Notes: a model not told the origin generated them from the letters alone. 64,000 nt of DNA from an uncultured delta proteobacterium (GCA_963816395.1 CAWFKQ010000015.1:20322-84321); one strand, 5' to 3'; positions 11,289 through 21,978 are shown, counted from the stretch's first letter. Made by a program: numbers and translations.

Positions 11289-12429
11289 ATGAACGGCAAA
11301 CGCTTTCCCCTGTTTCCGGCTGTTCGGTTTTTCGGTGAGCATCGACGCCAGCTGGTTCTTCATCGCCATCCTTGTCACCTGGTCGCTGGCGGTGGGCTTC
11401 TTCCCCTCCCGCAATCCCCAACTGCCGGTGTATGCCTATTGGGTGATGGGGGTGATCGGCGCTCTGGGCCTGTTTGCTTCCATCATCTACCACGAATTCT
11501 GTCATTCGCTGGTGGCTCGCCGCTACGGGCTGCCGATGCGGGGAATCACTCTGTTCCTGTTCGGCGGCGTCGCGGAAATGGCCGAGGAGCCGGCGGATGC
11601 CCGGACCGAGTTCCTGATGGCGGCGGCGGGGCCCGCCTCGAGCGTCGTTCTCGGCGGCTTGTTTTATCTCATCTATCGCGGGGGCGCCGCTGCCGACTGG
11701 CCGGCGGCGGTGCTGGCGGTGATCGGCTATCTGGCCTTCATCAACTGGATTCTGGCCGGTTTCAACCTGCTGCCCGCCTTCCCCCTGGACGGCGGGCGCA
11801 TGCTGCGCGCCGGCCTCTGGCGCTGGCAGGGGGATCTGCGGCGGGCCACCCGCTGGGCCTCGCAGATCGGCTCCGGGTTCGCCATTGCCCTGATGGCCCT
11901 GGGGGCGGTGAGCGCCTTTTCCGGCAATCCGGTCGGCGGCCTGTGGTACATCGTCATCGGCCTGTTTCTGCGCCAGGCGGCCCAGACATCCTATACCCAG
12001 GTCCTCGCCCGCGAATCGCTGGGGGACGAAAAAATACGGGACCGGATGAGCCGCGAGCCGGTGTCCGTCCCGCCGGCGATTACCATCCGGGAACTGGTAG
12101 AGCATTACGTCTACCGTTACCACTTCAAGTTTTTCCCCATCGTGGAGGACGGCAAGCTGGTCGGCTGCATTTCAACCCGGCGGATCAAGGAAGTACCCCG
12201 AGAGGAATGGGACCGGCAGACAGTCGGCGCGGCGGCCGAACCGTGCTCGCCGGAGAGCGTGGTGAGCCCCGACGCCGAAGTGCGGGAGGCGTTGACAGTC
12301 ATGAACCGCACCGGCAGAAGCCGGCTGATGGTGGTGGAGAACGGCTATCTGGTGGGCATCATCGCCCTCAAGGACGTCATGCAAATGCTGGCGCTGCGCA
12401 TGGAGCTGGAGAAAAACGACGGCAGCTGA
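11289..12429 (+). CDS. Site-2 protease (M50) with CBS pair (frameshift near 11315)
   Basis: HEFCHS zinc motif, AGP, FNLLPAFPLDGGR and C-terminal CBS domains. Confidence 0.92.
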
Positions 12430-12463
12430 ATGGGAGCGGGCGTGGTAGAGAAGAAAGAGACTC

Positions 12464-13708
12464 TCAGCCGCCGAAGAAGTCCCGGCGCACCAGGTCGAGC
12501 ATGGTGCGTGCCGGGTCAAGCTCGGGGTTGATCTCCAGGGCTTTTTGGCAGTCGCTCAGCGCCCGGTCGGGAAAGGACAGGGTGAGCCAGGTCTGAGCCC
12601 GGCCGAGCAGGGCATCGGTAAAAGAGGGATCAATGTGCAGGGCGCGATTGAAGTCCTCCAGGGATTGGGTATGGCGTTTCTGCGCCCGATAGACTAGGCC
12701 GCGGTTGCAGAGCGCCCGCAAGTACTCGCCGTCGTATTCGATGGCCCGGGTGAAGTCCCGAAGGGCCTCCCGGGGGCGGCCGAGGGCGAAAAGGGCCATG
12801 CCCCGGTGGTTGTAGATGAGGGCACGATTTTGCGGGCTCAGACGCATGCCGAGAATTTGCGAGTAGAGTTCGATGGCCTGGTCAAAGCGATTGTGGCTGT
12901 GGGCCGACAGCGCCTCGACCATGGCTTTTTCCAGAGGGCTGCGGTGCATCGCCGCGCTCGGCTCCTCCTCCGCCTCAGCCTCCGGTCTTGTCTCCCCCGC
13001 CGGGGGCCAGGGAAATCCGGGGAGTTCGAGAGCCTTCTCCAGGGCGGTTCGTCGCTTCTTGTCCAGGGCAAGGACCCCTTTCTGGTAATCACGGATTTCC
13101 TGGAAGGTGAGATCGGAGAGGGTGAGGGTGGCGTTGAGGGCGGCGAGCTTGCGGCGGATCGATTCGTTGGGCCAGGAGAGCTTCGATTTGTATACCAGCT
13201 CATGCTCGACCTCGGCCCAGGCATCCTGGAGGATGGTGCGAAGCTGGATTTCGCAGACCCTCCGAGCGTGGGGGAGCGCCAACTCCTTCTCCGGTTTTTC
13301 CAGCCGCACCAGCAGGTGGACCGAGTCGTAGCCGAATTCGCGGAAGGAGTGGACCGCCGCCTTGCGCACCGTCTCCAGAACCTCAAAGTGGCTTCCGATC
13401 AGCCCTTCGACCGTTTCCACGTCCTCGAGAAAGGGGCAGATGATGCGCAGCCCGAGGAGGTCGGTAATGGCGGGGGCGCCTTTCCTTTTCCTGGCGCTGC
13501 GCATCAGCTTCTCGTAATAGGCCTCGAAGCGCTTGACCCGGTATTTGATGGTGGGCGTGAATCCGTGCTGTTCCAGCAGCAGGCGGATCCCGCGGTAAAT
13601 TCCCTGCAGCTCCTCCTCCAGCTGCGGGCGCAGGGCCAGATAGAGTCCCTGCGTACGGGCGCGATCGGGCGGCTGGTAGGCTTTTTCGCTGGTCTTTTTC
13701 TTCGGCAT
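12464..13708 (-). CDS. RelA/SpoT-type (p)ppGpp synthetase domain fused to TPR repeats
   Basis: YRVK..YEK, DLLGLRIIC, GYDSVH and EIQLRTILQDAWAEVEHELVYK; TPRs (YNHRGMALF, NRGLVY). Confidence 0.88.
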   Translation of the reverse strand: MPKKKTSEKAYQPPDRARTQGLYLALRPQLEEELQGIYRGIRLLLEQHGFTPTIKYRVKRFEAYYEKLMRSARKRKGAPAITDLLGLRIICPFLEDVETVEGLIGSHFEVLETVRKAAVHSFREFGYDSVHLLVRLEKPEKELALPHARRVCEIQLRTILQDAWAEVEHELVYKSKLSWPNESIRRKLAALNATLTLSDLTFQEIRDYQKGVLALDKKRRTALEKALELPGFPWPPAGETRPEAEAEEEPSAAMHRSPLEKAMVEALSAHSHNRFDQAIELYSQILGMRLSPQNRALIYNHRGMALFALGRPREALRDFTRAIEYDGEYLRALCNRGLVYRAQKRHTQSLEDFNRALHIDPSFTDALLGRAQTWLTLSFPDRALSDCQKALEINPELDPARTMLDLVRRDFFGG

Positions 13709-13820
13709 ATCCGACTCGTCAAATGCTTAGTCTGACCGGCCCCTTTTTACCCTGAGCAATAAAGCAGCTACTTTCCCTCAGAAGGTCCATGAAAAAGCCG
13801 GTGTCGATCCCCGGTCATTA

Positions 13821-16609
13821 TCAGTGCTTTGCTATGATGTCCTGCAGCTGTGCAGGCTGAAAGGCCACATCCCAGCACCAGACCCCAAAGCCTCCCTTGC
13901 TGTTTACCGCACTCACCCAGGTGTCGAGTGCCGCCCGTTTGGCCCGGTTCTGCTCAGAGTCTTCGCCCTTGATTTCGAGGACCAGGGTTTTGCCGCTGTT
14001 CAGGCGGATCAGGAAATCGGGGATGAACCGCCGCCGAGAGCCGTTCCAGAGATAATAAACCTGGAAGCCGAGATGATCGTTTTTGGCGAAGGACGCCACC
14101 TGATGACTGGTTTCCAGCAGATTGGCCGTGTATTGCTCCCAACTGCTGTCGGCGACCATGTGGCTGATCTGGGATTTGCGGGTCGGGTGGCATGGTTTTG
14201 TGGTGTACCAGGTACGCATGGCCGCGGTAGTGCCGATGGGCGATTCTTCATCATAAACGGGCTCAAGACGTTCGCTGCTCTGCTCGTTGACGAAACGGAG
14301 CAGGTGCTGCACGATCAAGTCGATGTTGAGTCCGAGGAGAATGCGTCGGCGTAGCGGCTCCTGGTGAAACAGGGAAGGGATGTGCAGTCGGTCGGAGGCG
14401 AAGAATTCTTCCGCTAAACGAATGAGCTGAAACACCAGATATTCCTGGCCGCCGTGAAAGCCACCTTTCATGGTGGCAAAGGCCTTTCGCGCCGCCTGAA
14501 AAGTCAGCCGTTGCAGCCGGAAACCTTCTGGCAGTTTTTCCAGGTCAATGACTTTGACTTTGCTGAGATCAGCGGCGCCCCCGAGAGCCGGCGCCAGTTC
14601 GGCGGCTATCGCGGTCAGTGCGGGGTCCAGGGCCAGCGGTTCAACCCGCTCCCAATCGACGGTCAGCATCGGCTTGACCACCGTGTCTATGCGCAGCACG
14701 TTGGGCCAGCGAATTTCCAGTGAGGCGCGCTCCTGCAGGGATTCGATCTGGGTGCTCGGTTTCGGCGGGGGTGGCGGCTCGCCCCCTTCACCCACGTCCT
14801 GGAAGATGGAAAGAGGCACCCCGAAGATGTTGACGTATTCCGGCAAAAACCGACCGTTCCCATCGGTTTCGTAGGCCACCCGGCGCAGGCCCCGGCCGAT
14901 GACCTGTTCGCAGAGCAACTGGCTGGTGAAGGCCCGCAGTCCCATGATGTGGGTAACGTTCTTGGCGTCCCACCCCTCGGAGAGCATGGCCACCGAGATG
15001 ACTTTCTGCAGATCCTGCCCGGCTCTTCCGCGTTTCCCCACGTTATCGACGATCTCCCGCAGAAGTTCCTCTTTCTTCAGGCTGCGAAGCCGCTCTTTGC
15101 GGGTTTCCGGGATGCCGGCTGCCTCGACAATCGCCTGGAGGGTCGTTTCGTAATCCCTGTCGCTCCCGGCCGTCTCCCCGATTTCCGCCTTTTCCAGCAC
15201 CTTCGAGTCGACTCGCAGGGTGCGCTCGGGCACATGCAGTTCCGGCCAGAGCCCATCGCCATGCCGGAAATAATGTTCAATGCGTGCTGCCGTCTCGGTG
15301 CGGTTGCAGACCGTCAGCATCACCGGCGGCGAGGTATGGCCCGCTTCCCGCCACTGCTGCAGGGTTTCGCGCCAGTCCGCCCCGAGCAGGGCGTAGGCAT
15401 CCTGCACCAGCTTGGGCAACGGTTCATGGGGTTGCGCCTTGCGGTTGAAGTCTTCGGCGACCTCGGCTTCGCGATAGATATGATAAAGCTTCGAGCGGTA
15501 ATCCCGGGTGTTCGGCAGGGCATTATCGCGGATGACCACCCGCGGGGTCTTGACCAGGCCGCCCTCGATGGCGTCGTTCAGACCGAAGTCCGAGACGATC
15601 CAGCCGAAGAGCCCGGCTTCCGTACTCGCCTTGCCGGTCGGGGCGAAGGGGGTGGCCGAGAGGTCGAAGCAGCGCTGGATGCGCCGGGTCTTGTGGATGC
15701 GGTCGAGCCCTTCGATCCAGCGGGTGGCCTCATCCAGATCGAGACCCTGCTCGGCCGCCTGTTTCTTGCTGATTTTTACTTCCGCCGGGATGCGGTAGGC
15801 GTGATGCGCTTCATCATTGATGACGAGAAGATCTTTGTAGCCGGCCAGCTTGCCCAGGACCCGGCGGGTGAAGGCTTCGTCGCTCTCCGCCCCTTTTTTA
15901 ACCACAGAGCGTTCGGTTTGCTTGAGGGGCATCAGCGCGTGCCAGTTTTCGATCAGCAGTTCGACCCGGTTGAGCTTCTGGCGCATGATCTCGGACGGGC
16001 AGAGTCCGAAGACATCGTAAAAATTGTCCGATTCTCCGGGATAGAGAACGCGCAGCCGCTCCTTGACAGTGATTCCCGGGGCGACGATGAAAACGGCGCG
16101 GGAGAAATCCCGGTTGCGCTTCGGATAGGTCAGTGCGTTGAGTACCTGCCAGGTGATGATCATGGCCATCACCGTCGTCTTGCCGGTCCCGGTGGCCATC
16201 TTGTTGCACAGGCGTTGCCACTCCCCGCCGTCGCCGGGGATGTGAATCCCCTGCTGGTGCTCCGGCGAGGCTTCGACCCACCAGATCAGCGTCTCGATAG
16301 CCTCAAGCTGGCAGAAGTAGAAAGGATATTGCCGGGCGCTGCGGTCGTGCCAGTGCTCAAGCAAGCGCCGGGTAACGCTGGTGATGCCGGGATAATCGGC
16401 CGCCCGCCAGGCATCGACCCGCTCGCGGATACGATTGACCAGCTCCAGCGGCTCAATCCGCTTGGTGTTGTAGCGAATGTCGATGATTTCATAGCCCGCG
16501 GGGCGGCGGTCCTCGCACCAGTGCAAGCGAGCCGTCGCGCGGCCTGCTGCCAGTGCTGGCGGGGGACCTCGTAGGGAGTGTTGATGATGAGGGAAGAAGG
16601 TGCGGTCAT
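13821..16609 (-). CDS. res: Type III-like restriction subunit (SF2 helicase plus PD-(D/E)xK nuclease); likely start ATG 16609 with frameshift near 16530
   Basis: MATGTGKT, DEAHH, LSATP, MLSEGWD, QVIGRGLRR and FIPDF..LEIKG; the N-terminus MTAPSSLIINTPYEVPRQHW is in another frame. Confidence 0.9.
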
Positions 16610-16619
16610 GGCAGCGTAA

Positions 16620-17085
16620 AAGTTGTCCCATGAAGAGTGATACTTCCTGGGCTGCTCGTCTATATGCCGGTGATGTTGTTGGCGCGATGGACATTTTTGG
16701 TGCCAAGCCACACAAATCTGAAATTTTCAGGGCTGGCAAGGGTAAGCGCCCAGAGATCCGGCGCATGTTGGCGAAGATAGTCCTTAAGCCACCTCACCTT
16801 CCTTCGAGGTTGCCGACCTCCTTATCCTTGGCCCATGCACCTCAATCCAGATGGCGCATTCCTGCCGTTCGCCGGTAGAAAACCAAGACCATAGTCCCAC
16901 CGGTTTGCCGTGGCAAATTCTCGTAGCCGGGCAATGCCCCATCGAGGTCAATACTGCCGGTGACATTTTCCGCCTCTTCTGGCACTCGAAACCTTTCTCG
17001 AAAAAGCACCGAGCGCTCTGAAGACCGGGCTGGTAGGCCTCATTTATGGGTGGAGCAGCGGATTCGACAGCTTCTTAAACGTCAT
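16620..17085 (-). CDS. Hypothetical protein with a putative PD-(D/E)xK-like nuclease fold (several indels; end approximate)
   Basis: RBS GGAGG plus ATG at 17085. Stitched frames: MTFK.AVESAAPPINEAYQPGLQ...GSIDLDGAL...NRWDYGLGF...ECAIWIEVH.AKDKEVGNLE.KVRWLKDYLRQHAPDLW...FRFVWLGT. Confidence 0.6.
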
Positions 17086-17112
17086 TCTTACCCTCCGGAC
17101 TTCCATTCAATA

Positions 17113-18300
17113 TCATTTCTTTGCAGTCATTTGCCGCTTCTCTTCCTGGGTCTCGAAGCGATTTGCAACCCGGGCAACGAATCTCCGACCCGCCCTGAAA
17201 ATTCAGTGAGGCCCCCCATCCAGCTTCGGCTTTGTTCTCGGCACCCGGATCAAGGTTAGAGATGTCCCTGACCTCGCCAGTCCGTCCGAAGAAATAGACA
17301 TTGTAGTTCTTCTTCAAACCAGCTTCAGCTAAATACTGGGTCCCGGCATCAGACCTGATTTCGAAAATATTGAGGACATCCTTGACCGACCCTTTCTTTG
17401 CTTTTAGGAACTGCAAGGCCCAGACGACATCCAGACACGTGAGGCGAGTGCGTCGACAGGCAGACCCGATACCCTCGTGACAGCAGATCGAGAACCATCA
17501 CGAATGACCGCCGAAATGGCATTTGGATGCAGATCCCATTTCAGGCTCTTCTATGACGACCCAGTTCAGGCTTGTTACGGGTGGGTGTGGCGATAGCGGC
17601 ATCAGCCAGTAAAAACCGAGAAGCAGGGGGACAAATTCTCGTGTCCTGCTGACAAGACCAGATAAGGCAATCCTTTTTCCTGGCCCGGGTTTGCTCAGAG
17701 ACGAACTGCTTCTGGAGCTTTTCAGATGAGGTTTTCAGGCCGAAACTACCGAAAATGTTCTTGCACAAGGAGCATCTCGCTCTTCCTTCTTGAGTCTTTT
17801 CTCCTGAGGGAACAGTTCTGGATTGCGCCCGAACTCGTTTTGCAACAAGTTGATGGAGTTTTTCGCTGAACTCACGGAGAACGAAGGGATCGCCCGAACG
17901 GTAGACGCTGAATGGCTGGGTCAGACCCATCACGAAGACTCATGACCCGCTGCGCGGGATGAAAAAGAGTCTCTCGTCTTTTTCTTCCTCTTCAGACTTT
18001 TTGGCATAGATATCCAGATTGATTACCTTGCCGTCCACCTTGAGCAGGCTTGAGCCCTCCTGCCAGATGTCGGACATACCCTCGCCGAAGTAGAGCTCCA
18101 GCAGATGTTCAAGGTTGCCTTCCCAATCGATACCGAAACGCTTGAATTCGCTCTGGATGGAAGGCGCATCGACGACCAGCTTCAGCAACTGCAGAAAGAT
18201 GCTTTTGCCTGTTGCTTGTGGTCCGACAAAAACGGTCAGATCACCAAATTGAACGTTGGCATTCTCGATCTGACCGAAGTTGTTGACTCAATGCGCTCGG
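17113..18300 (-). CDS. ABC-type (AAA_15/AAA_21-like) ATPase, fragmented by indels (ends approximate)
   Basis: NNFGQIENANVQFGDLTVFVGPQATGKS (Walker A, 18201-18224), WVVIEEPEMG.HP (Walker B/D-loop, ~17525-17560), STHSPHVLD (H-loop, ~17443-17457). Confidence 0.85.
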
Positions 18301-18304
18301 GTGT

Positions 18305-18692
18305 AATAGCCCCTCCAACGGAATGATCTTTAGACTCTCGATCCCGCGGATCGACGATCTTGACAGCGACTTTCTGGTTGTCGCCCGGCTCGAAGGGAAG
18401 GGAGACGGTGCCGCGGCAACGGTTGAGCAGGTCCTCGTTCAGTTCGGCTCGGATGTCTTTCTTCAGCTTGTACCACCCCTCCTTGCCTCCGGTGAGGGGG
18501 AAGAAGACCTGGCGGGGGAAGAGGGAGCGTTCGTCGTAGTCGGTGTCGAGCAGCCACATGGCAATTTCTCGTGCCGCCGGAAACCAGTTCCCCTTTTGAG
18601 GTGTCGAAGTAATCGAAGCCGTTGACTTCCACTTTGTGGATAGTTTTGAGTTGTAAGTTTTCAGTTTTTAGTTGGGCAAAGGGATAGTTCAA
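18305..18692 (-). CDS. mod: C-terminal segment of the Mod methyltransferase (downstream of the insertion; possible TTG start at 18692; end approximate)
   Basis: KVEVNGFDYFDTSKGELVSGG..IAMWLLDTDYDERSLFPRQVFFP...SLPFEPGDNQKVAVKIVDPR.IES, the typical C-terminus of this Mod family. Confidence 0.8.
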
Positions 18693-19106
18693 GGTTTGAG
18701 CGATTTTTGCAAACCGGCGAGGAGTTTCTGAATTTCTTCGCAGCAATTCAACAGTTTTTCGGAAATCTGAGAGTCCAGGTAGGCCAGCCTCTCGCAGAGA
18801 ATGATCCATGTTTCCAGTTCCGCCAGTGAGCCCTTGGCTATTCCAAGAAACTGCCGGAACTCCCCCGGGTTGTTTCTGGCTTGCCCCTCCGCGATATTCG
18901 CCGGAATGGAAGTCCCAGCCCTGCGTATCTGCGAGGTAATTCATACATCTCTTCCTTGGGAAAGGAGCGCGTACAGGAATAAATCATCTCCGCTAATTCC
19001 ATGGATCTTTTCCAGACGATCAAGTCCCGATAATTCCTGGAACTAGCCATAAGAACAAACCTCATCCATTGCTTAAGACTAAAAACTGATAACTAAAAAC
19101 TGAAAC
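18641..19106 (-). mobile_element. Intervening element inside mod: inverted heptamer-repeat arms enclosing a four-helix-bundle gene
   Basis: AACTAAAAACTGAAA (19091-19105) is the exact reverse complement of TTTCAGTTTTTAGTT (18659-18673); each lies in a 7-nt periodic array; Mod-like sequence resumes on both sides. Confidence 0.8.
18689..19050 (-). CDS. Four-helix bundle protein, 23S rRNA intervening-sequence protein family (one indel near 18935; alternative ATG at 19065)
   Basis: MASSRNYRDLIVWKRSMELAEMIYSCTRSFPKEEMY.L.SQIRRAGTSIPANIAEGQAR...EFRQFLGIAKGSLAELET...LQKSLKP*. Confidence 0.93.
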
Positions 19107-21978
19107 ATCGGGCTGGCCCATGAGCCAGAAGCTCTGGTTGCTGGCGCGCTCCTTTTTCAGGTCCTCGGTGAGCAGGTCGGTGTTCATCTGCGCCTTGAGG
19201 GCGACGATCCCCTTGAGCTGGTCGATGTCCTTGGCCGCCTCGGGATCGAAGGTGAAGGCGCAGAACACGATCATCTTCGGCAGCGGAAAGAGCTCGCTCG
19301 CTTCGCGCAGCGCATGCTCAACTTGGCGCTGCTCCAGCGCCGCATGCTCTGGCCCGAAGCTCACGACCGCCCGCTCGCCCGTATCAGAGATTGCCGCTCG
19401 CGTGCAGATAGCGCGTACCAGGGAGCGTTTCCAACTGGCGAATTGCAGCATCTGCCCGCCCTTGCCGCGAATGCCGGTTTTAGCAGCTCGTTGCGCTACT
19501 GGTGCTGGCGGGACGATTCCCCGAGCGGGCGATGGCGACGTCGGTTTCTTTAACCTGCTGGCTTCATCGAGGGCGAGGACGGTGGGGAAGGGGACTGCTT
19601 CACGGTGAACGGCTCGGTGATGCGCAGCTTCTTCTTGTTCGGCTGGGGCTGGTCGTAGAGGATTTCCTGATCGGCATGGGCGGCGATGGAGTCGGTTCAT
19701 CTGCGCTTGCATCGCTTGCTGGGCACGTGTGAAAGGCGTCGAAAGGCTTGCGGGCGGCTTCCGGCTAGTCGGCGGGGAAGTCAAGGGGACAGACCATTCC
19801 TTCAATCTCCTCTCACTCCGACTCTCTCCCACGAGGGGAGAGGGAGAAATCTTCGCGGCTGATTTTGCTCCTCTCCTTGATGGGAGAGGGCTGGTGTGAG
19901 GGTGAAAGCGCTCTCCAGCTCCGCCGCTGTTCGATGCCCGGGTGCATCCGCTCGTAGATCTCGTCGATCTCCGGATTGTTGGCGATTGACTTGAGAGTGA
20001 CGTGCGGGACGGTCTTGTAGATGAAGCCTCTCTTGAGCCCCTCGTGGGGGTATTTCAGCTCGTAATAGTCGAAACTGGCGGTCATCAGCCGCTGCTTGGC
20101 CAGAGTCACGCGACCCGCGAGGTGTCGCAGGTGATCCAGCGCCGGCCCCACTTCTCGGCGACGAAGGCGGTGGTTCCGGAGCCACAGGTGGGGTCGAGCA
20201 CCAGATCGCCGGGGTCGGTGGTCATGAGGAGGCAGCGTTCGATGACTTTGATGACTAGTTTGAACTACGTAAGCTTGGATTCAGTTTGAGTGCCTGTCCC
20301 GGTGTCTGTCCATGATGTTCAAGATAGAATAGCGGGGAAGTCATCAAAATATCGTCGGTATCGAATGTTCACAACCTGCGAGCCTCGGCTCCGAGTATGC
20401 TAAGTTGATTCAGTCTTTCAGTAGTTGACGTCGAGTCTTATTATGGTGGAAGTGAATATTTTGCCAGCAAATAGGGTCAGTGAGACATGTCTGATGAAGT
20501 CTATGTTTCCAATCAAACAAGCTAGCCTTCGTTTGTAAATAGTGACCTTTCTTCTGTCGATTTTTTCTCTCTAGCGCAACTTTGTCTGCCGAATCTCCAG
20601 TTTTAAATGTCATATACGCCGAAAGATCTGTCGAAACATTTAAAATCCTTTTCGATTAGAAGTTGTTGCCTATATTTCAATTTTTCTTTGATTTTCCATA
20701 CCATAGAATGAAATCACATTCGGTAGGCAGGAACTCGTAGCTGGCAAGATTGCTGTTTTTTTGAAAGAGATTAGGCGATACGAAATTTTAAGTTCCAAAT
20801 ACCTCATCCATCAACTCTCGCACATGGTGTAGATTCTCATCCGAAATCTGCACAAACACACTCCCCGACTCGCTCAGCAATTCTTTCGCCAGCAGCAGGC
20901 GGTCGCGCAGGTAGGTCAGATACGAATGAATCCCCAGTTCCCAGGTATCGCGGAAGGCTTTGATCATCTCCGGTTCCTGGGTCAGGTCCTCGTCCTTGCG
21001 GTCCTTGACGTCGCGCTTGCCGACGAAGGGCTGGAAGTTGGAGCCGTACTTGATGCCGTAGGGCGGGTCGATGTAGATCATCTGCACCTGCCCGGCCATC
21101 GACTTCCTTCTGCAGCAGCGAGTTCATCACCAGCAGCGAATCGCCCGCTACCATGCGGTTGGCCCAGCCGCGCTCGTGCTTGTAAAAATCGATGGCATCG
21201 CGCAGCGGCAGGCTTTCGAAGGGGGCTTCGAAAAGCCCGGCCTGCAGCATCGGCTTGACCTTGCCGGCGCGGCCTTCCGCATCTGCCGGCGCACGGCGGA
21301 GAGGATGCTCATCGGGTCGATGCGCTCGTGAACGTGCAGGGAAACGGTATCGACCTCGAAACTGGTGCGTTCGGCCTTGCCGGTCCAGTTCAGATAGGGG
21401 GACTGCAGGCGCTTCAGTTCGGCGAGAGCCAGCCGCATTGTCTCCGGATCGCCGCTGGCGAGGGCATCGTCAATGAGCTTTTCGATGGCAGCGCGGCCGC
21501 TGTCGAATTGCAGGGAGGGGGCGAGGTGGGGATCGAAGGCCCAGGCGGTCTGCGGCTGAGCCGGATCGGTGGCTTCGTTGACGACACCGACCTCGGGATT
21601 ATTTTTCCGTCGGTCGAGGTGACGGTAAGAAAGAATGTTGGAGGCTTCGTCCCCCGATGTTGCGGTCTTGTTACGAGGAGCAGAGGGAGGCCTGGGCTTG
21701 ACCGGCGCGGCGACTGCCTGCATATCGAGATCAAAACCGTGCTGTTTGGCGGCGCGGCGCACCGAACCGCCCCGGCCCTTGCCTTTTTCGAGGAGACCCT
21801 TTTTCACCAGTTCATCGCGCAGGACCTCGTACACCCCTCCCGGGGACTTGTATCCGGCCGCCGCAGCCGCGTACAGAAACTGCTGGCACAAGGTCTGGTT
21901 GCCGACCATTGAGCCGTCAACTGGAACCAGGCCCAGCAGCAGTTCGGTCAGCGCAACTTGCTGATGCTGGATCATCAT
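19062..21978 (-). CDS. mod: Type III-like Mod DNA methyltransferase, N-terminal ~85% (multiple indels), with an N-terminal wHTH-like extension and low-GC target-recognition region
   Basis: [47 protein letters not shown] and [37 protein letters not shown] upstream. Confidence 0.9.
19808..19905. repeat. REP-like palindromic doublet embedded within the mod coding sequence
   Basis: CTCTCACTCCGACTCTCTCCCA...TGGGAGAGGGCTGGTGTGAGGG imperfect inverted repeat; translates on the minus strand as [11 protein letters not shown]...[13 protein letters not shown]. Confidence 0.8.

Noticed and set aside
18689..19050. Four-helix bundle as the Avd of a diversity-generating retroelement
   Set aside because: No reverse transcriptase and no TR/VR pair with adenine-specific mismatches in the window; motifs fit the IVP family.
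19062..19064. TGA in mod as a selenocysteine or readthrough codon
   Set aside because: The following sequence is a separate gene in another frame, so readthrough would not restore Mod.
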